Shown: piece by piece, positions 25,356 to 37,927 of the stretch
How the letters are laid out: each line of letters starts with the position of its first letter
Numbering within the stretch: the first letter of the stretch is position 1
From: Octopus vulgaris
Lineage: Eukaryota
Direction of reading: 5' to 3'
Length of the DNA: 64,000 bases
Assembly: GCA_951406725.2 (NCBI GenBank)
Contig: OX597833.1
Location: 47,244,001 to 47,308,000, forward strand
Program-made: the position numbers and the translations under genes
The notes under the pieces: model-generated
The model's input: only the letters and a program-made list of their open reading frames with translations
The model's database searches: none
What the model was told of the DNA's origin: nothing

Positions 25356-25916
25356 CATGGCTCAGTGGTTAGAGCATCGAGCTTACAATCGTGAGGTTGT
25401 GAGTTCGAATCCCAGACCGGGCTACATGTTGTGTTCTTGTGCAAGACACTTTATTTCATGTTGCTCCAGTGAGGTTGTGAGTTCAAATCCTGGACCGGGC
25501 TGTGTGTTGTGTTTTTGAGCAAGACACTTTATTTCACGTTGCTCCAGTGAGGTTGTGAGTTCAAATCCTGGACCAGGCTACATGTTGTGTTCTTGAGCAA
25601 GACACTTTATTTCATGTTGTTCCAGTGAGGTTGTGAGTTCGAATCCTGGATCGGGCTGTGTGTTGTGTTCTTGAGCAAGACACTTTATTTCACGTTGCTC
25701 CAGTTCACTCAGCTGTAGAAATGAGTTGCGATGTCACAGGTGCCAAGCTGTATCGGCCCTTGCCTTTCCCTTTGGATACCATCGGTGGTGTGGAGAGGGG
25801 AGGCTGGTATATACGGGTGACTGATGGTCTTCCATAAACAACCTTGCCCAGACTTGTGCCTGAGAGGGTAACTTTCTAGGTGCAATCCCATGGTCTGGCA
25901 TAACCGAAGGGGGTCT
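25356..25916 (+). mobile_element. tRNA-derived SINE family D with a 4 x 78-bp internal tandem array
   Basis: Units start at 25391, 25469, 25547 and 25625; the single-unit relative is at 42381-42715. Confidence 0.9.
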
Positions 25917-26571
25917 CAGCATAAGCGCAGCCTACCTATGATCTCGCAAAACACATACCTTGTGTATGTTTTCAATATTGTTTGTACGTATATAAATTGA
26001 AAGAAGTCCATTGTACATATATATATATATATATCATCATCATCATCATTTAACGTCCGCTTTCCATGCTAGCATGGGTTGGACGATTTGACTGAGGTCA
26101 CGCGAACCAGATGGCTGCACCAGACTCCAATCTGATCTGGCAGAGTTTCTACAGCTGGATGCCCTTCCTAATGCCAACCACTCCGAGAGTGTAGTGGGTG
26201 CTTTTACGTGCCACCGGCATGAGGGCCAGTCAGGCGATATATATATATGTACACACATACATGTGAAGGCGCATGGCTTAGTGGTTAGGGTTTGTGAGAT
26301 TGTGAGTTCGATTCCCAGACCGGATGACATTGTGTTCTTGAGTGAAGCACTTCATTTTATGTTGCTCTGTGATCATTTCAACATTTGACATCCGTTGCAC
26401 CTGTACAGGTAAATGTCTACATGAAGGAGAAAGTGAGCTTATGTCTGCATAAACAAATCGATTTTGTGGTTGTTTGATAAGAAATTGTAAAACCCTCATA
26501 CATCATCTAACGACGGGAGAGTCCATCATATACATACATATATACATACACACACACACATATATATATGT

Positions 26572-26872
26572 AGCACCATCCGATCGTGCCTGTTTGCCAG
26601 CCTCGCCTGGCCTCCGTGCCGGTGGCACATAAAAAGCACCATCCGATCGTGGCCGTTTGCCAGCCTCGTCTGGCACCTGTGCAGGTGGCATGTAAAAAGC
26701 ACCCACTACACTCACGGAGGGGTTGGCGTTAGGAAGGGCATCCAGCTGTAGAAACACTGCCAGATCAGACTGGGCCTGGCGCAGCCTTCTGGCCTCCCAG
26801 ACCCCAGTTGAACCGTCCAACCCATGCTAGCATGGAAAACGGACGTTAAATGATGATGATGATGATGATGAT
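26572..26872 (+). mobile_element. RTE 3' UTR fragment (family E)
   Basis: Repeat units plus (GAT)n tail; another copy lies on the minus strand at 26035-26237. Confidence 0.85.
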
Positions 26873-26919
26873 ATATATATATACACGCACGCACACACGA
26901 TGGTTTACTTTCAGTTTCT

Positions 26920-27153
26920 TATTTCTTTATTGCCCACAAGGGACTAAACATAGAGGGGACAAACAAGGACAGACAAACGGATTAAGTCGATTATATCGAC
27001 CCCAGTGCGTTGACTGGTACTTAATTTATCGACCCCGAAAGGATGAAAGGTAAAGTGGACCTCGGCGGAATGTGAACTCAGAACGTAGCGGCAGACGAAA
27101 TACCGCAAGGCATTTCGCCCGGCGTGCTAACGTTTCTGCCAGCTCGCCGCCTT
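26920..27153 (-). mobile_element. SINE A monomer nested in a SINE B
   Basis: TSD CTTTCAGTTTCT. Confidence 0.9.
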
Positions 27154-27723
27154 CTTTCAGTTTCTGTCTACCAAATTCACTCACAAGGCTTTGTTTAGCG
27201 CATAGCTATAGTAGAAGACACTTTCCCAAGGTACCAAGCAGTGGGACTGAATCCAGAACCGTGTGGTTGAGAAGTAAACTTCTCAAACACACGGCCACTA
27301 TATATGTATGTATGTATGTGTGTGTGTGTCTTCTTTATATGCAACATCATCACTTTATCATCCACTTTTCTATGTTTGCACAGAATGGGTTGGACAGAAT
27401 TTATTTTCTACGTTGTCTTACATGTTTCTCACACGACATTTGAAATAAATGACACCGCCCGTGTGATAATGAAACTGTGACATTAATTTTAAAAAAACAT
27501 GATGCAATATTAAAACAAGGAACATGAATATACACATATGTACGTATACATACGTGTATGACAGGTTTCTTTCGGTTTTCTCGTCAAATAAATCTACTGA
27601 TATGGCTTTGGTCAGCCCAGGCTATAGCAGAAAACACGTGCCCAAGGTGTCACAAGCTGGAACTGAACTCAATACCATGGGACTGGGAAGTAGCCTTCTT
27701 GACCATATAGTCATGCCTGTATG

Positions 27724-27757
<34 letters not shown>

Positions 27758-28077
27758 TGTATGTATGTATGTATGTGTGTGTGTGTGTGCGTTTGTTTAC
27801 GTCTTCGTAACTTAGCAGTTCGGCATAAGTAACCGATAGAATGAGTACCGGGTTTAAAACTATATGTACTCTGGTACCTTCGACTAAAACCCTTCAAAAG
27901 GTGCCCCAGCATGGCTGCAGTCCAATGACTGAAACAAGTGAAAGATAAAAGAAATCTATATACATAGATATATATAATAAAAATCATGTATATAAACATA
28001 TAAAATATACACGTATACACTTATATCTATACCTTGAAATATATACACAAATATACATACGTCTATCTGTCTGTATG

Positions 28078-28125
<48 letters not shown>

Positions 28126-28474
28126 CTTTACTACCCTAATGTGCTGTTTACGCGTAAGGGAGCATTAAAACTTGCCGCCAACACTTTATGTACAAGTGAA
28201 TGTCAAAATTCGGTCAATACGTTTCCCCTGAACACTACTGACGAAGAATTATATTGCTGAGTAAGTTCTTGAAATGAAATGTTAAAAAAAAATGGTAAGA
28301 TATATTATTTACCAAGTTGTTTTTTAGCTTAAAAAAAAAAAAAAAAACGATAAAAAAATGAAACAGCTTAATTAAAGTTTATTTGTCGCACTAACAATAT
28401 ATTTAGTATAACGATATACAATAGAATAGTGTAGATTTATTGAAAAGAATACTGAGAAATATATATATATAATG

Positions 28475-28509
<35 letters not shown>

Positions 28510-30779
28510 TAAATATCATACAGAATGATACTATAAAAATATTGATCAGTGCATTTAACAGAAGCACGAAAGCAAAGCTGTCGTTTATTGTGCATATGTG
28601 TTGTAATGAATGGATTTGTAATTTTAGGCACAAAACAGTAACAAAATGAAATGATACTGGGACAAGATAACACCAATTACTCTCGTAAGTTTAGATACAG
28701 TTCACATATATGCAGCATTACTGCGTATATACACAGTGAATTTTATTGAAATCGGTTTCTTTTTTTTCTTTTCCTCACATCTCCTTTCATTTTCCCTATT
28801 ATAATTCATCGATTGCTATCTTTCTTGAATACAATTATTATAATTATAATTGTAATTATAATCATTATTGCCTATGACTTTGAGCACCAAGACACCTTTT
28901 CTGAGGAATATATATTGAAGTGTATTTTATTATATTGATTTGATATGATAATAATAAAAGACTATACGTAGGTAGCGATACATGTAATAAATGCTAGCGA
29001 GGAATATAAATATAATAGCAAAAGAAATACGTCGATGCTCATAGTGACTGCTAATATTTATCATATGCTGCTGAAAACCTGGAGATCGATGGAAAAAGGA
29101 TGGAAGAAAGAAGTTAATAAATTCGCGATATATAGAAGAAAATACATTTTACTTTCATGGACAAACTAATAATATAAATAAATCTGAAAATATAAAAAGG
29201 AAATAAGCGAACCTAAAAGTACAAAGATATTCAAGTTAGCTGAACAATGACCCTGAAATGTGTTTTGAAAACTAGGCGCCAAATGGTAGGAAGCTTATAT
29301 AAAGGGGGTAAAAAATGTCTAAATAATTTTATTTCGTTAAAAAATTAAATATTTTCCAGATAATATGAAACACAATGACAATGTAGGTTTCGTGCCAATG
29401 TTGAAAGAGATTTTATCAGCTCCAAACGTGTTATTTTCTTTGTGATATGTATTTTGAGGTTAACTTCTGTTAGTCATTTGACACATAAGCTAAAGCAGAG
29501 ATTGTAATTGATTTGTCGATAGCAAGCCAAACTATACGATTATAAAACATCGTGTTTGTGTGCGTTAAAGAGGTCGGCTATCCGTTTAAGACCGGGATAA
29601 GCTGGTACCTTGTGCTCGTGGAACACCCCCGCACAGGTGCGTGTGTGGCTGGTGATTAAGTGTCACTTGGAAGAGGAAAACTTTTCGAAAGAACTGAACT
29701 TTATGATAGCGGGACATTACAAGAAATTTACATGAGTAAATAACACGATGCTCTATATACTAAATATGAATGGCTTACTTGGAAATAAGAAAATACCAAA
29801 TAGGTTTTTTCTTAAAAAATTGTCACTCTGAAAGAAAAAAAAAACGAAAATAATTTTCTTATATTTCCAAAGTTTGCAATTAGAGAAGTCGTTTTTCCAG
29901 AACCAAACTGAATATATTTCCTCCCGATTTTTTTTTCTTTCAGATTATAATAGAAAATCCATAAATTATATAAATATATATAACGTTAAATTCTTGATAT
30001 ACGCAAAGAATAAATTATTTCAAAAAATGATAAAGATAGGAACGAAAGAATACTCAAATGAACAGATTGTTAAAATTGTTGGGAAAATATAATTAATTCA
30101 TGATAAATTTAAAATTAACTATTTTTCAAATAACTGAATGATTGACCGAATTTTGGCAAAAGTCCAAATTTTTTTCTCTTTTCGCAAATTCCTATCTATA
30201 ATTTTTTTTTTACTTCCAATGCAAAACAAATATTTTAATTCTTTCCTTTATTAGCTAATCTCTTTCAAACCATCAATTTTCCTAAGTTCACTTTGAATTC
30301 TCTTCAGCCAGGTGATTTCTTAAATATCCCAATTGAATCTCCTATTCTTCTCTTAATCTTTCTATCTTTTTCCTTTCAAGAATCTTCCTTCCTCACTTTC
30401 TCCCGCTCTCTCTCTCTTCCACTTTCTGGTCTTTTTAATTTCTTTAAAAGTCCGGCATCCCTATTCTGGTCTCTTCGACAAGCTACTTCTTCTGCTGCTC
30501 ACTCTTTCTTCCTACCATTTCTCCTTATTTCCTCTCGCCATCTGTCCTTGCCTGCTTCTGTCTTACCCCCTCTCTCGTTCCAATCCTGCCTGTGTTTCTA
30601 CCCCACTCTCTCGTTCCCATCCTGCCTGTGTTTCTACCACCCCCTCTTTCGTTTTCGGTTTCCGCCTGTGTTTCTGTCTTTGTTTCTTTCTTTCTCCCCA
30701 TCTCGTCTTCAATCTCTCTCTGTGTATCTACTTCCCTCTCTCCTTTTCATTCTGTATCTATTTCTTTTTAACTGTCTCC

Positions 30780-32018
30780 CCGTCACCTTTTGAATCTCTC
30801 CCTGACTCTCTTTCTTTCTCTCTATCTCCCCTTTACATCTGTCTCTATCTTTTCCTATCTGTTTATCTCCCCCTCACCTCATAAGTCTCTGCCTATCTAT
30901 TTATCTCCTCCTCACCTCTTTAGTCTCTGCCTATCTATTTTTTATCTCTCTCTCTCAAGTCTTAAGTCTCTATTTTTTATCTCCCCCTCATGTCTTATGT
31001 TTCTGCCTATCTATCTATTTATCTCCTCCTCACGCCTTAAGTCTCTGCCTATCTACTTTATCTCCCCCTCTCGTCTTCAATCTCATTTCGTCTTTCTATC
31101 TACCTCCCCTCACGTCTTCGCCTTTCTTTCTCTCCTTCTATTAATCCCATCTTCACTCTTTGTCTATCTATCTATTTATCTCCCCTCACCTCTTTAGTCT
31201 CTGCCTATCTATTTTTATCTCTCTCTCTCTCTCTCTCTCTCTCGAGTCTTAAGTCTCTATTTTTTATCTCCCCCTCAGTTCTTAAATCTCTGCCTATCTA
31301 TTTTTTATCTCCCCCTCACGTCTTAAGTCTCTACCTATCTACTTCATCTCCCCCTCTCGTCTTTCTATCTACCTCCCCTCACTTCTTCGCTCTTCGCCTT
31401 TCTTTCTCTCCTTCTATTAATCCCATCTTCACTCTTTGTCTATCTATCTATTCATCTCCCCTCACCTCTTTAGTCTCTGCCTATCTATTTTTATCTCTCT
31501 CTCTCAAGTCTTAAGTCTCTATTTTTTATCTCCCCCTCACTTCTTAAATCTCTGCCTATCTATTTTTTTTATCTCCCCCTCACGTCTTAAGTCTCTGCCT
31601 ATCTACTTCATCTCCCCCTCTCGTCTTCAATCTCATTTCGTCTTTCTATCTACCTCCCCTCACTTCTTCGCCTTTCTTTCTTTCTCTCCTTCTATTAATC
31701 CCATCTTCACTCTTTGTCTATCTATCTATTTATCTCCCCTCACGTCTTTAGTCTCTGCCTATCTATTTCTCTCTCTCTCTCAAGTCTTTATTTTTTATCT
31801 CCCCCTCACTTCTCAAATCTCTGCCTATCTATTTTTTATCTCCCCCTCACGTCTTAAGTCTCTGCCTATCTACTTCGTCTCCCCCTCTCGTCTTCAATCT
31901 CATTTCGTCTTTCTATCTACCTCCCCTCACTTCTTCGCTCTTCGCCTTTCTTTCTCTCTCTCCTTCTATTAATCCCATCTTCACTCTCTGTCTATCTATC
32001 TATCTATCTCCCCCTCAT
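30780..32018. repeat. Pyrimidine-rich minisatellite: ~38-bp subunits in a ~276-bp higher-order repeat
   Basis: Marker TTAATCCCATCTTCACTCT at 31141, 31417, 31695 and 31969. Confidence 0.85.
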
Positions 32019-32029
32019 CCCACCTCAGT

Positions 32030-32158
32030 TCGAACATCTGTCTACAAAATAAACTCTAAAAGACCCTAATTTAAATATGGCGGCCGTTGAAGAAGAGAGA
32101 TCGTACGATACTGTGGCTGTTGTTGATAATAATAATAATGATGCCATGACCAACTAAG
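32030..32158 (+). promoter_or_regulatory. Probable first exon / 5' UTR of a plus-strand gene, with uORF MAAVEEERSYDTVAVVDNNNNDAMTN* (32077-32157)
   Basis: YY1-like AAATATGGCGGCCG overlaps the ATG; donor AAG|GTAAGC at 32159; CpG-rich downstream sequence; T-rich intron-like plus strand to the end of the window. Confidence 0.55.
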
Positions 32159-33646
32159 GTAAGCTCTGTGCTTCATTTTGTTTTGGAGGAAAACAATTTT
32201 TTTTTCCTCTTCTTCAGTCTGTCTCTCTCCAACACTCAAACTCTGCACTCCAAGAACATTTTCATTCTCTCCCAATGGTTCTACTGAATCTAGCTGCTGC
32301 TTGCTTGCTTCGCTCGCTCGCTTGCTTGATCGAAATCCTCGCGATGCGATGCCATCTGAAAAACCTGCTTGCTGTTTATTTGCCTGCCGTTTTTATGACG
32401 GAGCAGAGAACACACAGAACATATATACATATATATATACATACATATATACACACATATATATACATATACACACACGGGTGTTCTCTTTTTGACTGAT
32501 TCATACTGACTCGTCTCGTCCTCCTCGAGGAGGAACGATAAGTGATTATCTTTGATTACGACTGATTAGTAGTATTTTTTTTTTTTAAAGCAGAAGGCCC
32601 GAGCACCGACCGAGTACTGATTCGTCTCCTCTGGAAGTTAAGCAGGTGGAGAAGGAAAAAACAAAAAAAATCTTCAATTCATCTTAACAGTGACCGTATC
32701 ACTCTTTTACATATATATATATATATATATACATGCAGGTATACATACGTCTATGCATCTATATACATAGACATATGTATGTATACATACATATATATAT
32801 GTATATATATATGTTTATATATATGAAGCCCTTTTACATCTCGTAGAAGGAAGCCGCTATGTGGTCGGTCGCTTGATCGGCTAGAAATAGCAACCATCCG
32901 ATTCTTACTTAAATCTTACTCTACCGTCTTAAGAAATACATACGTACATCCATATATATACACACACACACACATATATACATACATACAGGAAAGGAAG
33001 GTATCGCATTGGCTAATTTAGTCCGAGATGAGTAACTGCAGTGTCTGGGGCAAAAGACCCAGGATGGTCAAGGCTGTTAATTACCTTTTGATATCAGAAC
33101 TGAGCTGGCTGGAAGTGCGAGGTGTCGGTGGGTTAAACTACAAGTAACTTATTTGCGCTTTCGTGTCTTTTCTTCGTTTAAAGACAACTTAGAAAGAAGC
33201 CAGTTCATATTATGCGAATAGTTGATGCACAATACAAAATCTAGGAAACCAACGACGGATATACCTATATATATATATATATACATACATACACGTACAC
33301 ACAATTATGTGTATACATACATACATACACAGACATACGTAAACGAAAGTGCACTAGCATGTCGAGAATTAAAAAAAGGAAAATGTCTACATATTAATTG
33401 ATATTGTCAAGTTCAGTATATATTTTTATCTCGATCTAATGGGTTCGTGCCCAGTTTCATGGGCTTTTAAAAATACAAAGTAATTAGGGTTAGGTGTAGT
33501 TAAACCCTTTTTTTTTAATGATCCTTACACTTTTATCTCGCAAAGGCTTTTATTGTCAAGGTGCTATTTTAAAATATTAACTGCACACACATTATATATA
33601 TATGTATATATATATATGTACATATGTATATATATGTATATATATG

Positions 33647-33691
<45 letters not shown>

Positions 33692-35814
33692 TTTATTGTG
33701 TGTAATTTTTAGCATTCTGATCCGAACGTTATTCATTATCATTATAAAAATTATTTATATTTTTTTGCGTTTCATCTTTTTGTACTTAATTCTTTTTATT
33801 AATTATACATTGGGGGGATAAGGATCATAATGTAACTTGTTAGTTTATTTATTAATACTATAAATACTAGTATTTTATAATATTCTTTGTTTTAAAAGAA
33901 ATGCTTAAAGAAAGAAACTAAACCCAGTTGACCTATCTTTGTTTTCGTATATGAGAGGGAGAATCTTATACAAGGTATTGCCCCATCTTAGCCCTGATCG
34001 AGTAGACCTATAATCAGTGGCATTCCAGCCATAGCCACCCCGTCTTTTTTTGTATATCCAGGACTACATTACCCGATGCGTTCTTTTCTTGCTTGAAACA
34101 GTATGGTACGATTTGAAGAGGGTGGTGGTGTTTGGCTGTTGTTTCTAGCAGATCGTTCGATCGACCGCGTAGAAGGCCTCCTTCTCGTCAATGGCTTTTG
34201 ATATCAAATCTGTCAAAGTAGTTTTAAAACCGAGACGTGTTAGTGTTGATGATGATGAATGGAGCTGAGCAGATGGCAGTTAAGAAGGCCTGTTGGCAGT
34301 TCTCATTGAAAATAAAGACACTTCACATGGCCATTGCACTTTACTAAAACATGCTTACGTTTTTGTCTTGTACTGTTTAAATATGTATATACCGTTTTTT
34401 TTTTATGTGTATAAAGCTCATTATAAACTAGAAAGGAATCATTATTCTATATACACTGACTAGTCTATGTATTTGGTCCAGTTGATAAAAGTCGGAGATT
34501 TTTTTTCTTTTTATTTTACTCTAATTAGTTTATTTAATGCCTCGTGAAAAATATCCAAGTACTTTGACAAGGACATTTTTTTCTTGGGTTTAAATCTGTT
34601 TCAACGATCGTGCGTGTATACGTCTTGGCGTATATGCGTGTGTGTGTATATATATAAAATTGCTGTATATCTCATATGATGTATGTATAAACTTTTGTAT
34701 GTGGCTGTGTGTATATATATAATTTACGCATATACTTTCGTGTATAACATAAACTAGCTACGAACATGAGGTGCTGGATTCGATCCGACTACATAGCATC
34801 TAGAGCAAGTATGTATTACCATAGGTTCTGGTCGATCCAAGCATTGTCTGTGAAATTCGTTAGACTGAAGCACTAGAATCCCATCGGATGTACTGTACTT
34901 TATAATTCTAGGAGTCAGCCTTGTAAGACACGAGGGCATACGTTATGAGTACAAGTAACTTTGAAGTACTCGTCTACATACACAAACAGTTGATCAACTC
35001 ATCATCGTCGAAACCGATGTAGGATCCATTTATTTATACTTACCACGTAGCTATACACTCTATGCGGTTGTAATCATGGGTGTGCGGATGTACATGTGTG
35101 TGTATACACGCACACATACCTAGGCGCAAATTTGCTTCGGAAACCACGTGGTCGTAGGTTCAAGCCTCATACGCGGCACTTTAGGCTAGTATCGGGCCGA
35201 CCAGTGTCTTGTGAATGGAATTGGTTTGACGAAAACTGCAATGAAGCCCGTCGCATATGAAACTACACGATTTCGAAAGATATGTTTCATTGTTCTCCAT
35301 TTTACAGTTTTTAAAATAAAACCGTAGAATTTCCATGGATACTGCGCTAATGTATATGGATGTGTGTGTGTATGGGTGTATATATGCTTATATGATTGTG
35401 GAGTGGCGAGCTTGTAGAATCGTTAACAGTCGAACAAAATGCTTAGCGGCATTTTCCCCGGCTCTCCATGTTTTGAGTTCATATCCCGTAGAGGTCAATT
35501 TTGCCGTTCATCTCCTATTGATCGATAAAATGAAAAAGCAGTCGATGTAATCGATTTGTCCTCTCTTCCTTGTATTTGCTGGCCTTGAACTCCGCAACGG
35601 ACCGGTGTCTCGTTCAGGAGTGCTGTGATCTCGGTCACTGATGGCCGGCCTTATGAGTCCCAGGGCTCAAGAAGGGGAAAAGATTATATATATGTGTTTG
35701 TAACCATTTCCGAATGTCTGTGTGTATATATATTTGAACATATATATGTGTGTTTGTATGCATATATGTATGTATGTGTATATATATGTATATCTATATA
35801 TATATGTATATTGA

Positions 35815-35990
35815 ACCGCTGAACTCTACACATTTTTTTCATTCTGTTTATTTTCTCTTATTCCTCTCTGTTGAAGAGCATAGGCTCGAAATGTAAAAGA
35901 CTTTTTCATTTTCCCCCTAACTTCAAACTGATACACTTGCTTGTTGTTCATACACCTGTCTTTGTCTTTTGTCTTTCTATAAATTTCAAC
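35815..35990 (+). mobile_element. Penelope-like terminal-repeat fragment with a minimal hammerhead-like motif (35863-35900)
   Basis: CTGTTGA-A-GAGC-ATAG-GCTC-GAAA-TG-TA-AAAGA; a second copy lies on the minus strand at 57472-57640. Confidence 0.65.
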
Positions 35991-36129
35991 TGTATATATG
36001 TGTATATGTATATGTGCATGTATATATATATGTGTGTGTGTGTATATATGTATATATATAAATTCCAGGCATTGCAGAGAAATCAGAAACCAAAAGACCT
36101 CGAGGTAAAGTTAACAAAGACTGATATGT

Positions 36130-36980
36130 TATGAAAAACAAGGCCCCAGTATTGTTGTGGAAATAGCCTTGCTCAATATACAGGAAAGGAGTAGGCAGAC
36201 ACTCCAAATGTGCTACCCAGTGTCAGCTATCAATGTGTAGCGGGCTGGATGAAAGATGTAATATCAGGTCGATATGATGTAGCATGTAGATGTAATGCTT
36301 GAAGGTTCTCGCATTGGAGTACCAGTAAATATCGAAGAACCAACACCAAGAAGGAAGAAATATTATTTACATATATTTATTTGTTTGCCTGCCGACTGGT
36401 AGTTTGAGATAGTGTAGAAAAAGGTTGGCTCACTGGTTAGTAGTTGGTAGTGTGTAGAAGAGTGAAAGAGTAAAGAATGCACGGTGCTGACTAGAAAGGA
36501 AGAAAGGATAAAAGTGGCATCATCTTTCTTGCGGCTGAAAGCTTCTGTTTGTACGTCAAGCTAAGGGCGAAGGGAAGCGTTGTTCTTGGTCATGGCTGAC
36601 ACAGAAGTGCGTGTTGCTCCTTGGTCTGTTGACACAAAAAAGAGGAAGAGATAGGATCTGTTCTCTGTTACATAGACTATGGTCAGTAATGTAGGTCAAG
36701 CCCTGAACAAAGGACTGACCTTTCCTCGAACAACACAGGTCCTTGGGGATCAAGTGCTTCCTCATCAATCATCTGGTATGGAGAGGAATCCCACTTGTTT
36801 TGACAAGCAACAAGCAGGTAGATTTGGTTTCAGATCTCAGGCAGGGCGAAGCGAGGTCCCTACAAATACACAAAAGGTATAATAGAATCACAGACAGGCT
36901 AACAGGGAAAGCAAGCTTTGTATGGTCGATGTATTGGGCCTATGTACAAAGGGCACATTGGGAATAGATTCTTTTGAATA
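36130..36980 (-). mobile_element. Heavily decayed retroelement ORF, possibly Penelope-like
   Basis: Frameshifted pieces (EERSVLC.GL, RPDIT, YIEQG) resemble the N-terminal region of Penelope-like ORFs; many stops. Confidence 0.3.
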
Positions 36981-37026
36981 CCTGACTGGCTGACTAGAAG
37001 AAGCTGAAAGCTCGTGTTACCTAGAT

Positions 37027-37200
37027 CAGTGTTCTGCAACCTTTTTTCACTTGTGGTACACTTATATTCTTCTCAAAATTCGGTAGCACACCTGAACTAA
37101 AAGTATAGGGGAAAAAATTATATTCAGGTTACACTGCAGCGCACCTAGTGTTGTCTTATGGCACACCAGTGTGTCGCTGTATACCAGTTGTAGAACACTG
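37027..37200. mobile_element. hAT (Charlie-like) MITE
   Basis: TIRs CAGTGTTCTGCAAC and GTTGTAGAACACTG; 8-bp TSD ACCTAGAT. Confidence 0.9.
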
Positions 37201-37562
37201 ACCTAGATAACATAGATATCCTTAGACATTGTATAGTAGCCAGGTAAGAATAGATTCATAAAAGCACAATGAGCTGTTAGCTCTGCTGGCAATGAATGTC
37301 TTTTCCCTTGGAGCGAAGGGCAGATTATTTGTTGCTTGAATTTGAACTGTGATGAAACCATGTGGTTGGGAAGCAAACTTCTCATCTTCATATATGTATT
37401 TGTACATATAGTTACAAGCATGGGTGTTTGGTGAGGAAGCTTGCTAACAAATCCTGTGGTCTTGGGTTTAGTCCCACTGCATAGTACTTCAGGCAAGCGT
37501 CTTCTACAAGTGCCCCAAGCTGACCTAAGCTTTCTGTTTGAATCTGCAGAAACTGAAAAAGC

Positions 37563-37607
<45 letters not shown>

Positions 37608-37610
<3 letters not shown>

Positions 37611-37927
37611 TCCTGTGCTAGTGGCACATAAAAAACACCCACTACATTCACGGAGTGGTTGGCGTTAGGAAGGGCATCCAGCTGTAGAAACACTGCCAAA
37701 TCAGACTAGAGCCTGGTGCAGCCTCCATGCTAGCACGGGTTGGACGGTTTGACCGGGGTCTGGTAAGCCATGGAGGCTGCACCAGGCTCTAGTCTGATTT
37801 GGCAGTGTTTCTACAGCTGGATGCCCTTCCTAACGTCAACCACTCCATGAGTGTAGTGGGTGTTTTTTTGTGCCAGGGGAGGCTGGCAGCGGCCACGATC
37901 GGTTGGTGCTTTTCATGTGCCACTGGC
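37608..37927. mobile_element. Fold-back pair of family E fragments
   Basis: Inverted arms at 37622-37729 and 37769-37875. Confidence 0.85.

Noticed and set aside
30293-31972. Leu/Ser/Phe-rich 'membrane protein' ORFs
   Set aside because: Translations of the pyrimidine minisatellite.
32519-32534. Perfect 16-bp palindrome TCCTCCTCGAGGAGGA near the putative promoter
   Set aside because: Low-complexity and single; no basis for assigning function.
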